Shown here piece by piece: positions 1 through 14,372 of a stretch of DNA of 64,000 nucleotides (position 1 is the first letter of the stretch; every line of letters begins with the position of its first letter). A program made the translations under genes and the position numbers. Origin of the DNA: Seison nebaliae (taxonomy: Eukaryota); the NCBI GenBank assembly GCA_023231475.1, contig JALJEE010002072.1, forward strand, positions 1 to 64,000, in the 5' to 3' direction. Under the pieces are notes generated by a model. That model did not search any database, was not told the origin of the DNA, and worked only from the letters and a program-made list of their open reading frames with translations.

Positions 1-217
1 TTCCTCTCCGAAATCCTCAAATTTGGGTGAATTCCTCTCCGAAAAACTACTTTTGGGTGAATTCCTCTCCAAAAGCATCTTTTTGGGTGAATTCCGCTCC
101 GAAAAATATTTTACAAGGGGAACAGTCGAGTGAATTCCGCTTCGATATTTGAGTGAATTCCTCTCCGAAAATGAGAAACAGGGTGAATTCCCCCATAAGG
201 TGAATACCGCTCCGGGA
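1..217. repeat. Array of about 8 copies of G(G/A)GTGAATTCC(T/G)CTCCGAAA with short variable spacers; period 30 bp for the first copies; runs off the window edge
   Basis: Copies start near 25, 55, 85, 128, 151, 181 and 198, with a partial copy at 1. Resembles subterminal repeat arrays of DNA transposons (inference). Confidence 0.85.
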
Positions 218-323
218 TTCCATAGAAGTTTGAAAAACAAAGTCGATTTAATTTGGTTTGTTCAATAACATTCTTTAAATCCCTATCCGCCAGATTTTAA
301 GCCTATATAAAAATTTTATAGAG

Positions 324-455
324 GAGCGTCCTCAACTCAAATATAGGACAGTTCTCGACCTTTTTTTTATTTTCCCGGATAATTCTCAACATTTTATTAA
401 CTTTTCGGGCAATTGTCAACCCTTTATTAACTTTTCGGACAGTTCTCAACTTTTT
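324..455. repeat. Second array: 4 copies of GG(A/G)(C/T)A(G/A)TT(C/G)TC(A/G)AC at 30-31 bp period with T-rich spacers
   Basis: Copies at about 346, 377, 407 and 437, and a degenerate one at 324. Confidence 0.8.
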
Positions 456-1816
456 TTTCTCTTTTAATTTTATACAGGGTTATGATTTGTCCTCCAATCC
501 AATTATATTTCACAATTGTTAGAACGAACTTTCAAATTAGCAAAGTTGAACAATTTTTTCCATTTGAATTCGAATCATAATTCAATAGTTGGGAAAATAT
601 AAATTTAAAATTTCAGTTTAGTAATTTCCTTCCAAAGTCAGATATTCAACATTTGTTTCGATCGTATTAAATAGTCTATTAGGCATTTACTGTAATACTT
701 GTAAATCAATTTGAGTCATGGCTATCTCGCCAATCGTCAAACAATTTGGACCATTTGCAGTAAGTTCTTTTAATTATTTAAATATTCAATTAATACGCTT
801 CAAGATTCTACTCGGTTCTTTACTTGGTGCCTTTTATCAATTTCAAAGTGTCAAATTTGAGAGACGAGGAAATAATTTTGTTTTGCCTTCTATTTCTTAT
901 GAGATGGATGTGTAATGTTCGTTTCAGGTGTCAGAAGCTGAAATAGCAAGTGAGAAGCAAAATAAAATTTATTTGAAAAATTTCAAGTCGATCGAAGAAG
1001 TTTATAAAGTTTTGGTTTTTTTGGAGGGGAATTTGCTCCAAAATATTTTGTAGGATACTGTACCCAAAATGGAAATAGATGATTGGGAGAATAAACCTGG
1101 ACCAAAAGTTTATTAGAAGTCCATATTGTCTGTTTTTCTTCTTCAAAAACATTTGAGGAATAAAGAAGAAAAATTTACTTTTATTTTTTTACGAGAGAAA
1201 GGAAAAAAGAAGAAAATGAAAAGCGAATTTCTATCGATAATTTAATGAGGGAAAGATTTTTGGAAACTATATAAAATTGAAATGTTTTCAAACTGAAATA
1301 AAATAATGTTTTTTTTTTGCAAGAAAATTCGACTCAATTTTATACATGACAATGTCTGTACTAATTTATGATGCTCATGTAATCGGAAATGAATTTTCCA
1401 TAAAAATTTACGTCGCTTTCTATATAAATTTTGTGTTTGGTGTGAGTAGTTGAGAAAATGAGAAAATGCGAATGAAAAAGTCACTGAGCAGAAAGAAAAA
1501 ATAGAATAGATTTGGGATAGAAAGTTAGAAGAAAAATTCCGATGAAATTTCTTCTTCTATGAATGTTTGTTGTGGTGGAAAGGAAATTGGAAAGATTTTC
1601 TTTTACAAAAGAAATTTGGAAGTTTTTTCTTCGAATAAAAAAAATTGGATTTTATTTGTAATTTTGGAATGAAAATGAAAATTGACTTTCTGGTTGAACG
1701 ACATTGTGTTGTCTGCCACTAAATTGTTTGATCATTAGATTGACATGAATCATTCATGGGAACCGGTGTTGATGATATGGAAGAAGGGATAGGTTGATTG
1801 GTGTGGGAGAATTAAT

Positions 1817-4800
1817 TTATTTGGATCGTTTCTCTTTCGTTAGTGAAGTGATGGTTATGATACCTTCGTCTGATGGAAGTGGATTGACTGATGGTTGTCT
1901 CAAATCTTGATTAAGGAGATTGAGAACGACTTGACTAAATGTTGCTGGATTCTCTTGGTCATTGTTGATGGTGGAATAACTATTATGAGAATCAGTATTA
2001 TTATTCAAATGAATATTATCAGTTTCTGATTGTTGATGTTTTTGACGATTCTGAAAATAATTCTGATTAGATGTTTCATTTATCATTTGTTCATGAATCA
2101 ATTGTTTATCTTCTGGTAATTGTTGTCCATTTAATCTTTCATGTGTTCGAGTGATGGTAGAAGAAATTGCTTCTTGATCTGTTCCATAACCAGTCACCAT
2201 TGGTGCACCATCGATTATAACTAAACCAAATTTGACTGCCTCCTTTATACTCATTGTTCGATTGGTTAATGGATTAATAATAAGACCAGTTGCTTCATCA
2301 ATAATCTTCTTTTTTATTGCTTCTTTCACCGTTAACAATTCGCTAGTTTTCGTATAGAAGATTTTGATGGAATCGTTTAACAATTTCGCTCTAGCAGCTC
2401 GTTCAAATCGATGATGTTTCTTCGATTCGGGCAAATAAATTTCGCCCGTATTCTCATCAAATTGACTACGTAATCTTCTCGTCATATAAGCGTCATGTAA
2501 TTTATCGATGTTCATGTTCGTGTCTCTATGTCGAATATTTCCATTGGAATCGATCGAGAAACGATCGACTAATTCGTTGAGTGAGATTGGATGAGGCATT
2601 CCTTTCAATTCGATGAATGCACTTTCACCTGAAATAAAACCGTTTTTAATCGCGTCGTTTAATGAATAGGAGGAAGAGTTGTTATGAATCGTATTCTGAT
2701 ATTTGCTCGTCTCCAAATCGAATAAACCGAATTTCATCGCATCTTCAATATTTAATGGGAATGCTGTTGAACGTGTTGCCCATCGGACATCATATAATTC
2801 TGCTCTCGTTTCATTCAGTTTTCCTGTTTCTCGATTGATGATTCCGATGATGTAAGCCTGATCTAAATGAAGTGGTCCTTGACTCGAATCAGCAATGGCA
2901 ATTCCATGACTATTAATATGTCCTTTCTCTATCGCTTGTGATAATGTCAAATAGACTTCGGTATATGGCTCACGGAATAAACCTGGAAAAACGGAAATTT
3001 AAAATTAATTTCGTTGAACTTAAAAATGTTATTGTTAAGGTTGGAACCTGTGGACAGATCGAAAAGTCGGAACAAAATCGCATTTTGTAAGGACAATCCT
3101 AATGGATGTCGTTCACATTCGTCACTAATTTCTGCTTTGATTAATTGTTGTTTTGTCGCCTCTTTCAATGTCATTCGTTCGCCCGTCACATTATTACGAT
3201 ATTCGTTCGCACACGGATCTAATATTCCCAATCTTAATATGAAATGAAATGAAGTGAAAAGGAAGAGAAGAAGAAAAACTTTATTGCTTTTGTAGCGAGA
3301 ATAAATTCATTCGATCTCTGATCCAAAACTGAAGAAATGGAAAATATCGTCGTTCGTCTCTCCAACAACGTGTCTTTGACAACTTCGGCTTGTAATATTT
3401 CATCGGCAGCTTCCTCTTTCAATGTGGCATCAATCAATCCTTGTTCAATGGCATCAGTCAACGGAATACTACGATCAGTATCTGGATTGGTATATTTGCC
3501 TTGAGCATAATTCAAAATACCTGCTGCTTGTGCTGATATTCCAGAAATTTTCTCACCATTTCGTGGATCGATAACGTGATCGATAATATATCGTCGTACG
3601 ACTTCTGATCGTGATTCGGTAGCAACACGCACATCAGAATGAGATTCAGTTATTGTAGCGAATAGATATCCTTCGCCAATCGCTTCCGCTAACGAATAAA
3701 TGACGCCCGTATTCAAATCACGATAAGAACCAGTTTCCTGATCGACAATTCCCAATTGAATAGCATCACAAACTTTGATTTCCTGTTGAGTGATGGGATG
3801 GAGAACGGATGTGATGACATATGTTGCAGTTTTAGTTTTCAACGTTAATTCATTATCATCAACACTCAACAATGTATCGACTTCTTTCAATCGTTCTTGA
3901 TCATCTCTTACTTTCTTCATATGATTCCATTGATCGACTGTAATAATTAGTTCTTGATCGATAGCGGTCGATGCATCGAGAGTTTTCGTGGTGAGCGGAT
4001 GGATGTATGTGAAATTGGACATGTTGATTAAACCTCTACGTATCGACTCTGGCAAAGTTACTAATTCGTTCGTTCTTGGATCTTTTATATATTTCACACG
4101 ATACGAACGATCGTTCGTGGCGAAATAATCGTATCCTTCACGTTGTCTCTCTATATATTCCTCCCATGTACTCACCAAATATTTACTTACAGCCTCATCA
4201 ATCGTTATGTGGCGATCAGAGGGCTTATGGTAAACGCTGCCAGTACTCAAATCTATTAATCGTCGACGGAGTGCTTCTCTAATGGACATGTCTTCCAAAG
4301 TCTCTGAATCATACAAAGAGACGAGTCGATACTTATTATTATTGGATGTTCTGATGTTCGTATATAATGTTTCATCTTCTCGGAGATTACATATCTTCTC
4401 ATATTGTTCTCTCGTCATAATTAACTTTTGCTTAATTGCTTCTTCGATGGACATTGTCTGTTTCGTTCTGCTATTCACATATGAGCCTTCATTTGCCAAA
4501 TCAAGAATTCCTCGTCGAATCGCTTCTCTCATCGTTAATTCGTTATATGTCGATGCATCGATCACATACACTACATTGAATTTCTCTCCATTGATCACGA
4601 TATGTTGATACATCAACTCCTCCTCATTCTCATGGCGTTGTTGACGTTTATATTCATCACCCAAAACTATGAGACTTGCATCGACTGCCTCTGGCAACGT
4701 GAGAGTTGTTGATGTGGGAAAATAATGAAACAATCCTCTCTCCGCATCAATAATTCCACGTAATTTTGCTCCATGCCATGTCAAACGTTCACCCGTCGTC

Positions 4801-5751
4801 GGATCGATGATATAAGCAATCCGATAACTCTTATCGTGAACAATAACGTCAATCATTTCCATCTGCTTCTCAAACTTCTCTTCAATATGTTCTCGAATGT
4901 TCACTCGTTCACTATGCAGATTGCGACGATCATCAAAATCTATATGTTTCACCAATTTCGGATTACATCGTTTCTTTTGAGTTCGTTCCTCTCCGATATA
5001 TGTCACTTTCTCTAATGGGGAAACAATCTTCTCCAATATTGGAGTTCTCTCATGACCAATATGAAATTGACGATGTTCAATCTTCTTTATCGGTTTCACT
5101 TCGATCTCTCTAATTGGTTCAACCTCCTCCTCTTCAATCACATGAACGACTGGTGGTTTCTTTTTTCTTGTAGTGGTGGTAGTGGATGTAGTAACAGTAC
5201 GAACAGTATGACGTTCAATACATCTCTTCCGACCAGCCATTTGCTCCAAATCAATTTGGACAGGTATCTCAATTTGTGTCGTTGCTAATTGTTGTTTTCG
5301 ATCCGTACCAGAGAGAGCGACAGTCGATTCATTTGAATTTTGAAAATTCTCCAACTTTTTCCGTTCAGCCGATTCGATATCAATTCGAAGAACTTTCTTA
5401 TTTCCTGGTCCTTTCTCCGTTTCAACACGAGCTACTCGATGACGACAACCTGGAACGTTGATGATGATATTATCTACACCGTTACGACAAATCGTCTCTA
5501 AAGGAACGGAAACATTCGTTGTTAAACTGGAATGTCGCTGGATGTCCGTCGGCTTAGTAACTCGATCGACAGCATGAGAATGATGACTCATACGTCGATC
5601 GATATGTCTCGTTGAACCTGCGTCGTTGGATGATACACGAATACGACTTCCTGATGATGTTTCTGATGATGATTTTCCATTTTGCAATTGACTTGGCTGA
5701 AAAATTCGAACGTTATTCTGGACAATCTGAGTATTTTCTATTCCTTGATGC

Positions 5752-5805
<54 letters not shown>

Positions 5806-8800
5806 GTTTGTTGTTGCTGCTGATGATGATGATGTTGTTGATTTTCATCATTTTGATGATATTTTAATATTTGAACATTTGATTTACTTTCATGAAAATT
5901 CTTATCACGTTGATCCGGTTTCCGATGGATTTGGTTTTGAGTATTATAATAGTTTAGATCGTTAATTTTATCGGAATTTCTCGAAAGTGACTGCGTTAAA
6001 TGTCCATCACTCTCCACTGATGTCTGATAAGTTCTTCTTGGATTATTCTCTTTAAATTGTTCCACATTCGAATGTTGTTGTTGATGATGATGATAATATG
6101 ATTTCTGATATTGTTGATCTTGTTCATGTTGAACTAATTGTTGTTTCGTTTCATTTATTTGTTCTTGTTGTTTTCGTTGTTGCTGGAAAATTTGATTATG
6201 TTTTTGTTTCTGTGAATTTGAATGTTCCTGTCTCTGTTGTTGATGCTGTTGTTGGATTTGATGTTGTTTTTGTTTCTGTTGATGATGTTGATGTTTCGGT
6301 GAATTATATTGTTGTCTTTGTTGTTGTTGTTGTTGGTGATGGTGATGGTGTTGTTGTTGTTGTTGCTGTTGATGATTTTTAAGAGATTGTTGAAAATGTA
6401 ATGAGGAAGATTTTTGATCTTGTAATTTCGTTCGTTGAATCGAATTCATATTATCTCTCTTTTGAGATAATATTTCCTGATCGTCATAACTAAACTGTTG
6501 TTTGTGGAAAGCATTGGAGACGTAGGTAGTTTGGTCATTTTGATTGATTTGATTCATAACAGATGATGAATTTTTTGATGATTCGTTTGAGTTCGAATGT
6601 TGATGATAGTTCCTCTTATTCTTCTTCTCGTTATTAGTTAGTATGGTTTTCAATGACGATAATTGATTCTTCAAAATTGACTTCTCGCCATTTCCTTTTA
6701 AATGATTACTTGTTTTTTTACTGGTGATCTGGAAGACTTTATTATCTGCACTGATCGAAGGAGAATTGTTTTTCAATGAGATACTAATTCGTCGTTGTAT
6801 CGGAACTGTAAACGTTGAAATGATACGTTCAGGGGAATTGAACTTTGGAGAATCTTGCTATATGATGTCGAACGTCACACACATTCACGTATAACGACAT
6901 CACATGGACACATAGATAGATCGATCGATGAATGGAATAGAGTAGAAAGGAAGAAATGATTAATTTAATTTCTTTGTTTCAATAATATTATGTGAGGATG
7001 GAAGAGTGGCTTTATCTCTCCTCCTCTCCTCATTTCCTCATCCATATTCCATTCTTCTTTTCTCAATTAATATTTATTCTTCTTAATTACATCATTCCAA
7101 TTCCGCGTCCTCTCTTGTGACAATTTTATCTCCATCTCACATTGGAGTGATTCGTTCTTTCATTAAACATCTCCTCTTCCCTCTTCCTAATACTGACACT
7201 ACTACTACTACTACTACTACTGTTACTACTACATCTAATACTAACCACCTCCCCCTTTACTTTAACTTTCTATTAACCCATCCCATCCATCCCATCTATC
7301 CTTCTCATTCTTTCTCATCCTATTCTTCAATAAAACTCTCGGAAAACGATAAATGTCATATTGGAAACTGAATTGGTTATATTCAAATTATAATTATCGA
7401 TTATTCTACAAGAATCTTATTCCCTAACAATTCCCTAACAAATCATTTAATCATTTGAAAAGGTAAATGTCCCCTCTCTTTACACCCATCTAACTTTCCT
7501 CCAATAAACTCAAAACTATTTTTTTAGGCAATGAAATAACAAAAGGAAATGTTGAGTAATGTAACCTCCGATTTATCGACATAATCTTTTGGAAGTGTTT
7601 CACAAACGTTTCTGTACGTCCTCTTTAACGCTTCAACATATTGTCTTTAAAAAAAAAAAGAAATTTTCATTAATTATTAATTAATAAAACGTCGATAAAT
7701 AATGAAAATAATGAGGATAATAAGAGGGGAGATATTATTTTGAGATTTCTCCTTTCTTTCAAGAATAACATGAAGAAGTTTCAGTAGTAGTGAAGGAAGA
7801 TGTATAAGAAAAGATTATCGTAAAGTAATAATCAAACAATCAATACATCATCTACGATGTACATTCAACATATTCAACTGTTCTTTCTTCATACTATTGA
7901 TTAAATTTCAATGGAGAATTTAAGAAGAAAGGATACTCAATTTCAATAAACGTCTATGAATGAAGAGGAAAAAGAAGAAGAAGAAACGAGTTGAAATGAA
8001 CAGAGATTTCTACTCTCTTCATCCTTCGCCGTTCGAGATCTCATCTAAATGAGATTATGTAAAAACGAAGAAATTAGGGAAAATTTAAAAATTTATTATT
8101 GCTCATCGATATTGATCAATTAATCACATTTACTAACATGTTCATATTAGCGACTTCGTTTGACAAGATCGCAACTACTCGATCGTTTTTCGACGAAGGA
8201 TCTTCCATAATATTCTGGTGAGGGAGAACGACAATAAATTATCAAATTAAAATTTTATTCGACTTATTATTGTCATTATGAACGGCATAAAAATATTAAT
8301 TGAATGTTTATGTTGGAAACACGAACCTTTTTTGACAAAATGATTGAAAGTAATCAAATAATTTCAACATCGACATGTCGAAACGTTAGTGAGAATGTAA
8401 TGGAGAATGAATTATTCAACTAACTTTATATTTGATGAGGAATTTCGTAGCAATCTCGTTGAAACGGCTTATTATCGGTTCATTCTGTAACAGTTGTTCA
8501 TATGCTTTCTACCAAATCGAATCAATTTGGTATTCGATTATCAAATGGCAGAAACATTAAAGAGAATTGTTTAGAAGAGAATTAGGGTTCGTAAGTGAAA
8601 TGAATAGTTACTAGATCAGATATTCCTCAGAACTGCTACATTCGCATCACGTAAATCGATTCACTGGAAGTGCAATAATCTCCCAATTGTAGTTGTGGCA
8701 GAATGAGAGAACTATCATACCAGTTCTTAACGTAATGATGGTAATAAAAGGAAAAGTGATAGATATATGGTAGCGAAGAAAGAAAGAAAGAAGATATTTA

Positions 8801-10084
8801 TTGATAAACAAATAAATATTTCGTTAGTTGTGGAGTTGTGGGAGAATATATGATGGTAAAGAAAGATGGATGAGAAATGTTGGAAAAAATAAATGCAGCT
8901 GGTAACGAATGATGATGAACTAGAACTCATCTCCTCATTAACGATGCCACAAACACTAACCGCATCATATTCAAATAGATTGCTTACATTCTTTGATTGC
9001 GAGTCCATTCCTCTACATAACGGTTCACGTTGTCGTTCGATTTCGGCAGATACGGCAGCCATTTGATACATATCGTGAAGTGCCATGATATAACGCTTCC
9101 ACAACTGGAAAATTGGGAAAAAAATTGGAAAATTACTCTAACATTATTGATGATGATGATGAAATTTGATCATGAAGAAGTTTTTAGACGTACAAAAAAA
9201 ATTTTTTTTGAAATATTTCTTAAATAATTTTTCAGCAATTTTCCTTTCCTATTTCCACTTATCATCCTCTCCAAACGGAATCGAACAAAAGTCGAACCTT
9301 CTCTTTTTCATTCTTTGTTGAGATTCTCCCACACAATAATCCATACATCTTATCGATCGGTAATAATAAGTTCTTTATTTGTTTTTGAATAATGGAAACG
9401 TCCATATGAGTTTCCTCTTTCTTCGATTGGTCGTTGGGCGGATGTCTTGTTATTTTTACAAGATGGACAAGACGATCATAATCTTCTCTCATTTGTCTAA
9501 TTAATTTCCTTCCTTTCATTTCCAGTTTGAAAAAGGTCTTCAAAATCAAACAAGATGTTATTGTTAATAATAAACTGAAGTTACGAACATTAAAACGACA
9601 AAGTTCTTCTTCCAACTCTTTCGTGGTGTTGGCCAATTTGATTTTTTTGTCATTTCCAAATATCGTTTCCATATTCTCCAACAACAATTCCACTTCTAAT
9701 ATGGTGGCAAGAATGTCTTCTTGTATCATCATTCTTCAACAGAACGATTTCAAGAGAATATCCCGAAGATAAAGGAGAGAAACCGTTCAACATATTTACG
9801 ACATGAGATCCATAAAAGATCCCATTTATCGTAGAGTCGGAGAGCATCTTGACGATCAGCAGCTGAATCTGAACGATGTTTCATACTTTTCTGTATCTGT
9901 TGTACTTTCGCTTCATACGTCAATAAACGGTTTTCGAATTTCTAAAAATTTCGTTAAGAATTCAGGAGAAAATCTTACTCACTCGATGAATATCGACAGC
10001 GTCCGATAATTCTTTCAGTGTATTGGGCAATAGTTGACAACATCGTTTCCATAATTCAATTTCCATTTCATTCAAACTTGACAT
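1817..10084 (-). CDS. Plakin-family cytolinker: spectrin-repeat-like N-terminal exons, Q/H-rich linker, many plectin repeats; multi-exon, both ends uncertain
   Basis: ORFs 3234-6776, 2947-3231 and 1817-2950 join in frame through introns ~3234-3279 and 2983-3047. They carry repeated DPxTGE-x-L(T/S)-xx-A-xx-G-(L/I)-ID plectin repeats. The large exon extends to an acceptor near 6857. Small upstream exons (MSSLNEMEIELW at 10084, KFENRLLTYEAKV, LWKRY, KAYEQLLQNE, QYVEALKR) look like helical plakin-domain repeats. A further 3' exon near 887-934 is possible. Confidence 0.75.
5750..5804 (-). repeat. (CAA)n microsatellite encoding an ~18-residue polyglutamine run in the plakin exon
   Basis: Pure TTG run on the + strand, in frame with ORF 3234-6776. 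Confidence 0.95.
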
Positions 10085-12619
10085 AATATTAAATATTCGT
10101 TTTTGCATTTTCGTTTGAGCGGTCGTTGTCATCTTGTTAATAATTTACATAAGCAATTTCCTTCGTACTCCAAATCGTTCAAATGGTGAACAGATGTTTA
10201 CAAATAGATAAATTAATAATTGAAGAATCGTTGTATTAAAAGCAGTTCATTCTAATCCATAAACATCAGTAGAAATAGAAATGTTTAATGAAAAATTTTA
10301 ATCGTTTCCAAATTCGTTTAAAATTATTCTTCCGAATTTCCGAATATTTATTCGAATTACTTCCTTTTCAATTTTTTCTATAAAAGAAAACTTGTTTATC
10401 GTCAACCTTGAACGAAAATATCGTCATCGAACTAATCAATAATTAGTAATCGTTAGAGATAGACGAGATGATTAGCCAAAACTTTATTAGGATTCATTTT
10501 ACAATTCTACTTTTACATTTTCTCTCGAAAATCAATCGTAAATAGTTTTGTCCATTTTAAACGTATTACATTTCAGCTCCTCTTATTTCACACCTAAACG
10601 GTTTAATGAAGATTTCCATTATCTTCGCTCTCTATCATGTCAATCCGATGAATAATTTTAGATCGTTTGGATAATGAGAGAAATTTCGTACATAGTTCTT
10701 AATGGAGAAAAGTAGATTGCTTAAAATTTAGTTGAAAGATTCATGAAGTGGGAAAAGGGCGAGTTGTAAAAGATGAGAACCATTAACCGATATTGGAGTT
10801 TAAGGAAAGTGTGATAAAAGAAAGATTTAATTTAAATTGAAATCTTCACGAAAATTATAGAGTCTTTTAGAAATTATTTTTCCTTTTTTGCTTGTTGACG
10901 AAATTACTTTAATTTTTCATAAATAACTAAATGACTAATGGAGGATAAAACTCTAAAACCATTAACGTCAATGGAGTACCTGAGGAACAAGAAGAGATCG
11001 AAAGGGGAAAGGAAACTTTTGAGAAGAAGAAAAGGAAAATAATAAATAAGAAATCGTTGAAATTGTCGTGAGCGAATAAGGAGAGACTGAAAGAATGTAT
11101 TAAGATAAAATAACGCTTATTCTCGTGCAAATGTCATCTGGCTAACAATAAATATATTGTGAAAAGAATGAAGTAGATGTTACCAAAAGAAAAATGATGT
11201 TCTGGACGTTTCAACTTCAGAGGATTTCCCTCACCATTACACGCTCATCTATCGGGAGTTGACGGATATTTTTCCTCGAATTTCCGATCTAACTTCTTCA
11301 TCGGTTGGTTAGAACTACACGAAAATTTAATTATATCAACATCAATTGATATAATTGAATATATATGTTTTTAATGAATTCTATCAAAAACTTAAACGCA
11401 AATAAGAAGTTGAAGAAATTGATTAATCTTCTTCAACATATGAAAAAAAAGTCAGATGGAAAAGAAGTTTTGATGGGTTGGATATGAATGTGAGAAGAGT
11501 CCGATGTGAATTAATCGACTGAATGTTGCAAGTATCAGGTAGTCGAATTGCCTCATCTAATAAGAAAAAGGTGAAATCGAACAAAGGGAAAATATTTTCA
11601 TTTTATTTATTCATCTAAAAAATTACAGTTTTCCACATTGACATTTTCCCGGTTATTTTCGATCTTACATCGAATATGGATGAATGAAGATAAGTAGAAA
11701 TATATGACGAAAAGAGTTAAAAGTCATTTCGGACTCCCCAACATTAATAAATTGAAAAGAAACTATTAATTGTGAGATGGAGGAAGAAGAAGAGAAGGAA
11801 AACCCGAAAAAAGAAGGAAAACGGTTAAAAATTATAAAATTAGAAGGCAAATAAAAAAAAAATAGTAATAAAATCAATCTCTTTTGCAAACTGATCATTC
11901 AACCTTCATTTTATCACGTCATTCTGTTTAAAAAAAATAGGGAGTTTTGATGTTGAGCAATTTTGTGAAAATTTTATAGTATCGCCCAAATGTGGAAAGC
12001 GAAAGAATCGTAGGAAAATATTTTAATTACCTTGAGTAGTATTTCCCTTGAAATCAATAGTGGAAATACGTGATAGAAGGAGAATGTGACAAAACGCTTC
12101 GAAGCGCAACAAACCATATTTACCAGATGAGAAGTGAAAAAGTGAACGGTAGAAAATGGATAAGGAGATGTGTCTCTATGAAATGATAAATGTATCGACA
12201 TTTCTCTCTCACACACGTGCAATAAAACATTGGAAATGGATAAAGAAGAATTGTTTGGAAATAATATCGCTCACATTTATTTCGATAAACGAAGTAAAAA
12301 ACGAAAGAGAAGATCGATATCATTGCCAATATCTTATTGATAATTACAGTTCATCTTCACCGTTTTTTGAGAAAGAATTTCAGCTTGATTAATTCCCAAA
12401 CTATGACTATCGATTTAAGGATTAAAGGAACCCGTAAAAGAACCCAAGGCTTTATCGTGGAAATTGATATATATCTAAATCGATATAGTATCTCCAATTT
12501 TTTACACTATATAAATAACAAAATTTTCATTTATGTCAATCAAAAGAGAAATTTATTGGAAATGGAACAATCTGTCGAAGATGAATGATTTAGAAGTTGA
12601 TTGAAATATGATATGTATT

Positions 12620-14093
12620 TCAAGAAGATGAAATGGCCATCGGCTCCATCAATTTCGATGGTGATACATCTGCAAATTTCTCCAATTTAACTTGGGATGG
12701 AATCGCTCCATAAACGGAGAATTCCCATTTCTCATCGTCAGCAACCGGTTCTTTGAACGCTCTACCCAAGTTAGCCAACAAATATAAATAGTTGGTTGGG
12801 GGAAAAACGAACGCTTGTTTCTTTATTAAATCCAGTCCTTTCTATTGAGGAAGAGAGAAGAGAGTAAATTAAATATAGACATCATCGTCCATTATCTGTT
12901 TATGATAATCAATTAATAAATCAGAATAATTCGAAGACTAGTTTTAGGATAAGTAGTAAGTAAACGGTTAAAATTTTCTTTTAAATCAGATAATTCTCAA
13001 ACTTCCTAACTTTAACGGACCAATTTCTCGTTTTCATCAAATAGTAGATAATTAGAATGGTTCCCGTATTCTCGCCGTGTTCTGAATAAACCAGTAATCG
13101 TTGTTCTCGACCATAGAGCACAGTATCTAAATAAAAGTTTATTGAGATCACAAAATGAATAAGGAACGCATAAAGTCGAAAATTCTCGACAAATCTACCA
13201 AAAAGTCATCTTTGATCAAATACGGGTTTACATATAACGAAAAATAATCGACCGAACTCGTATTCGTACTAAATCTATTTTTATTATAATTTTATGAGAC
13301 TTTCTCCATTTAAAAAAAATTAACTTTGGCATCACATGTGTAGTCAAGTTGAGATAGGCATCGACGGGAATATTCTCCATAATATAATTGTCATTCGCCT
13401 GAGCTCTCGTTCCCAACATAATCGAATCGGTGATAATGAATGGATAAGTTTTGATTAATCGTCGTTCACGTATTGGAACGAGCATACTCTGTTCTTCGCA
13501 CAAGAATGGTGCCATTCTGGTAATGTCTTGAATTCCGTTAAGTAGCAATGAAATATTCGCTGTGTCCCATTCACTACTCAACCACTTGAAACAATTAACC
13601 GCTAAATTTTTAGATGCCTCCGAATCATCTCCACTATCATATAGAATGATGGTCTTCGCACATTGAAGTAGATTATGAATATTGCAGAAATAAGTTCCGT
13701 CTGGTTTCTGAAAAGTAAATGAAAATTATTATCAAACATTATTTAAGAAAAATTTGTAAACTCTGTAAATGTTTCGTGCTCCGAATAAATGCATATTATC
13801 ATAATATTGTTTGGGACGACAATCTAAATACGAACAAGTCAACCAAATTTGAATTGAGAAAGAAATTTGAACCGATTAACAATAAATAATTTTCATGCCA
13901 AAATAACGGTATTCCATTACCATCTTCTCTCATCACTAAATTATATAATTCTATCGAATTGATCCAATTAATTTCTTCGAGATAAACATCTCTATTCTAA
14001 TCATCACAAATGGAATAATGGAATGGAAAAGATGAGATAGTTTTTTCTTTAAACTTCATCAGTATATTCTGGATTTGTTGTCGTGCTCTCCAT
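12620..14093 (-). CDS. STYXL1: MK-STYX-like pseudophosphatase (rhodanese/CH2 domain plus inactive dual-specificity phosphatase domain), 7 exons
   Basis: Spliced translation MESTTTNPEYTDE/NRDVYLEEINWINSIELYNLV...ENYLLLI/DCRPKQYYDNMHL.../...KTIILYD...KTYPFIITDSIMLGTRAQAND.../...RLLVYSEHGENTGTILIIYYLMK... parallels STYXL1 motifs (ELYNIL, NYLCLLDVR, VVYD, YPIEI). No HCxxGxxR motif. Stop TGA at 12620-12622. Confidence 0.75.
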
Positions 14094-14372
14094 AGCAACC
14101 TCGATCAATTATTCCAGTGATTGAATTCAAAAGAAAAAATTGTCTTTCTTTCCATTTCTTTTAATCGTTATTCCATTGCACTCATTTCATTTCTTATAAG
14201 TATTAAAATATGTTTTAGAAGAAGTTTTAATTAAATAGCTCAAAAAAGAGAAATTCCAACAAAATAATTTTATAAAATTGAAGAACTTTTTTTGAAGAAA
14301 ACTAAAAAGAAATTGTGTGAGAGGAAGAGTGATGTTAGAAGGAGGAATGGAAAGAAGGAAATAAATTTTAAT

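Noticed and set aside
1..217. CRISPR-like repeat/spacer appearance
   Set aside because: Spacers are only ~0-23 nt and irregular, repeats are degenerate, no cas genes are present, and the context is an intron-containing animal genome.
5612..6382. Plus-strand poly-V/poly-L ORFs
   Set aside because: Antisense shadows of the CAA/CAT repeats in the plakin exon.
10300..12500. Short ORFs between the plakin and STYXL1 genes
   Set aside because: F/L/I-rich translations typical of AT-rich non-coding DNA; probably promoter, UTR or intron of the plakin gene.
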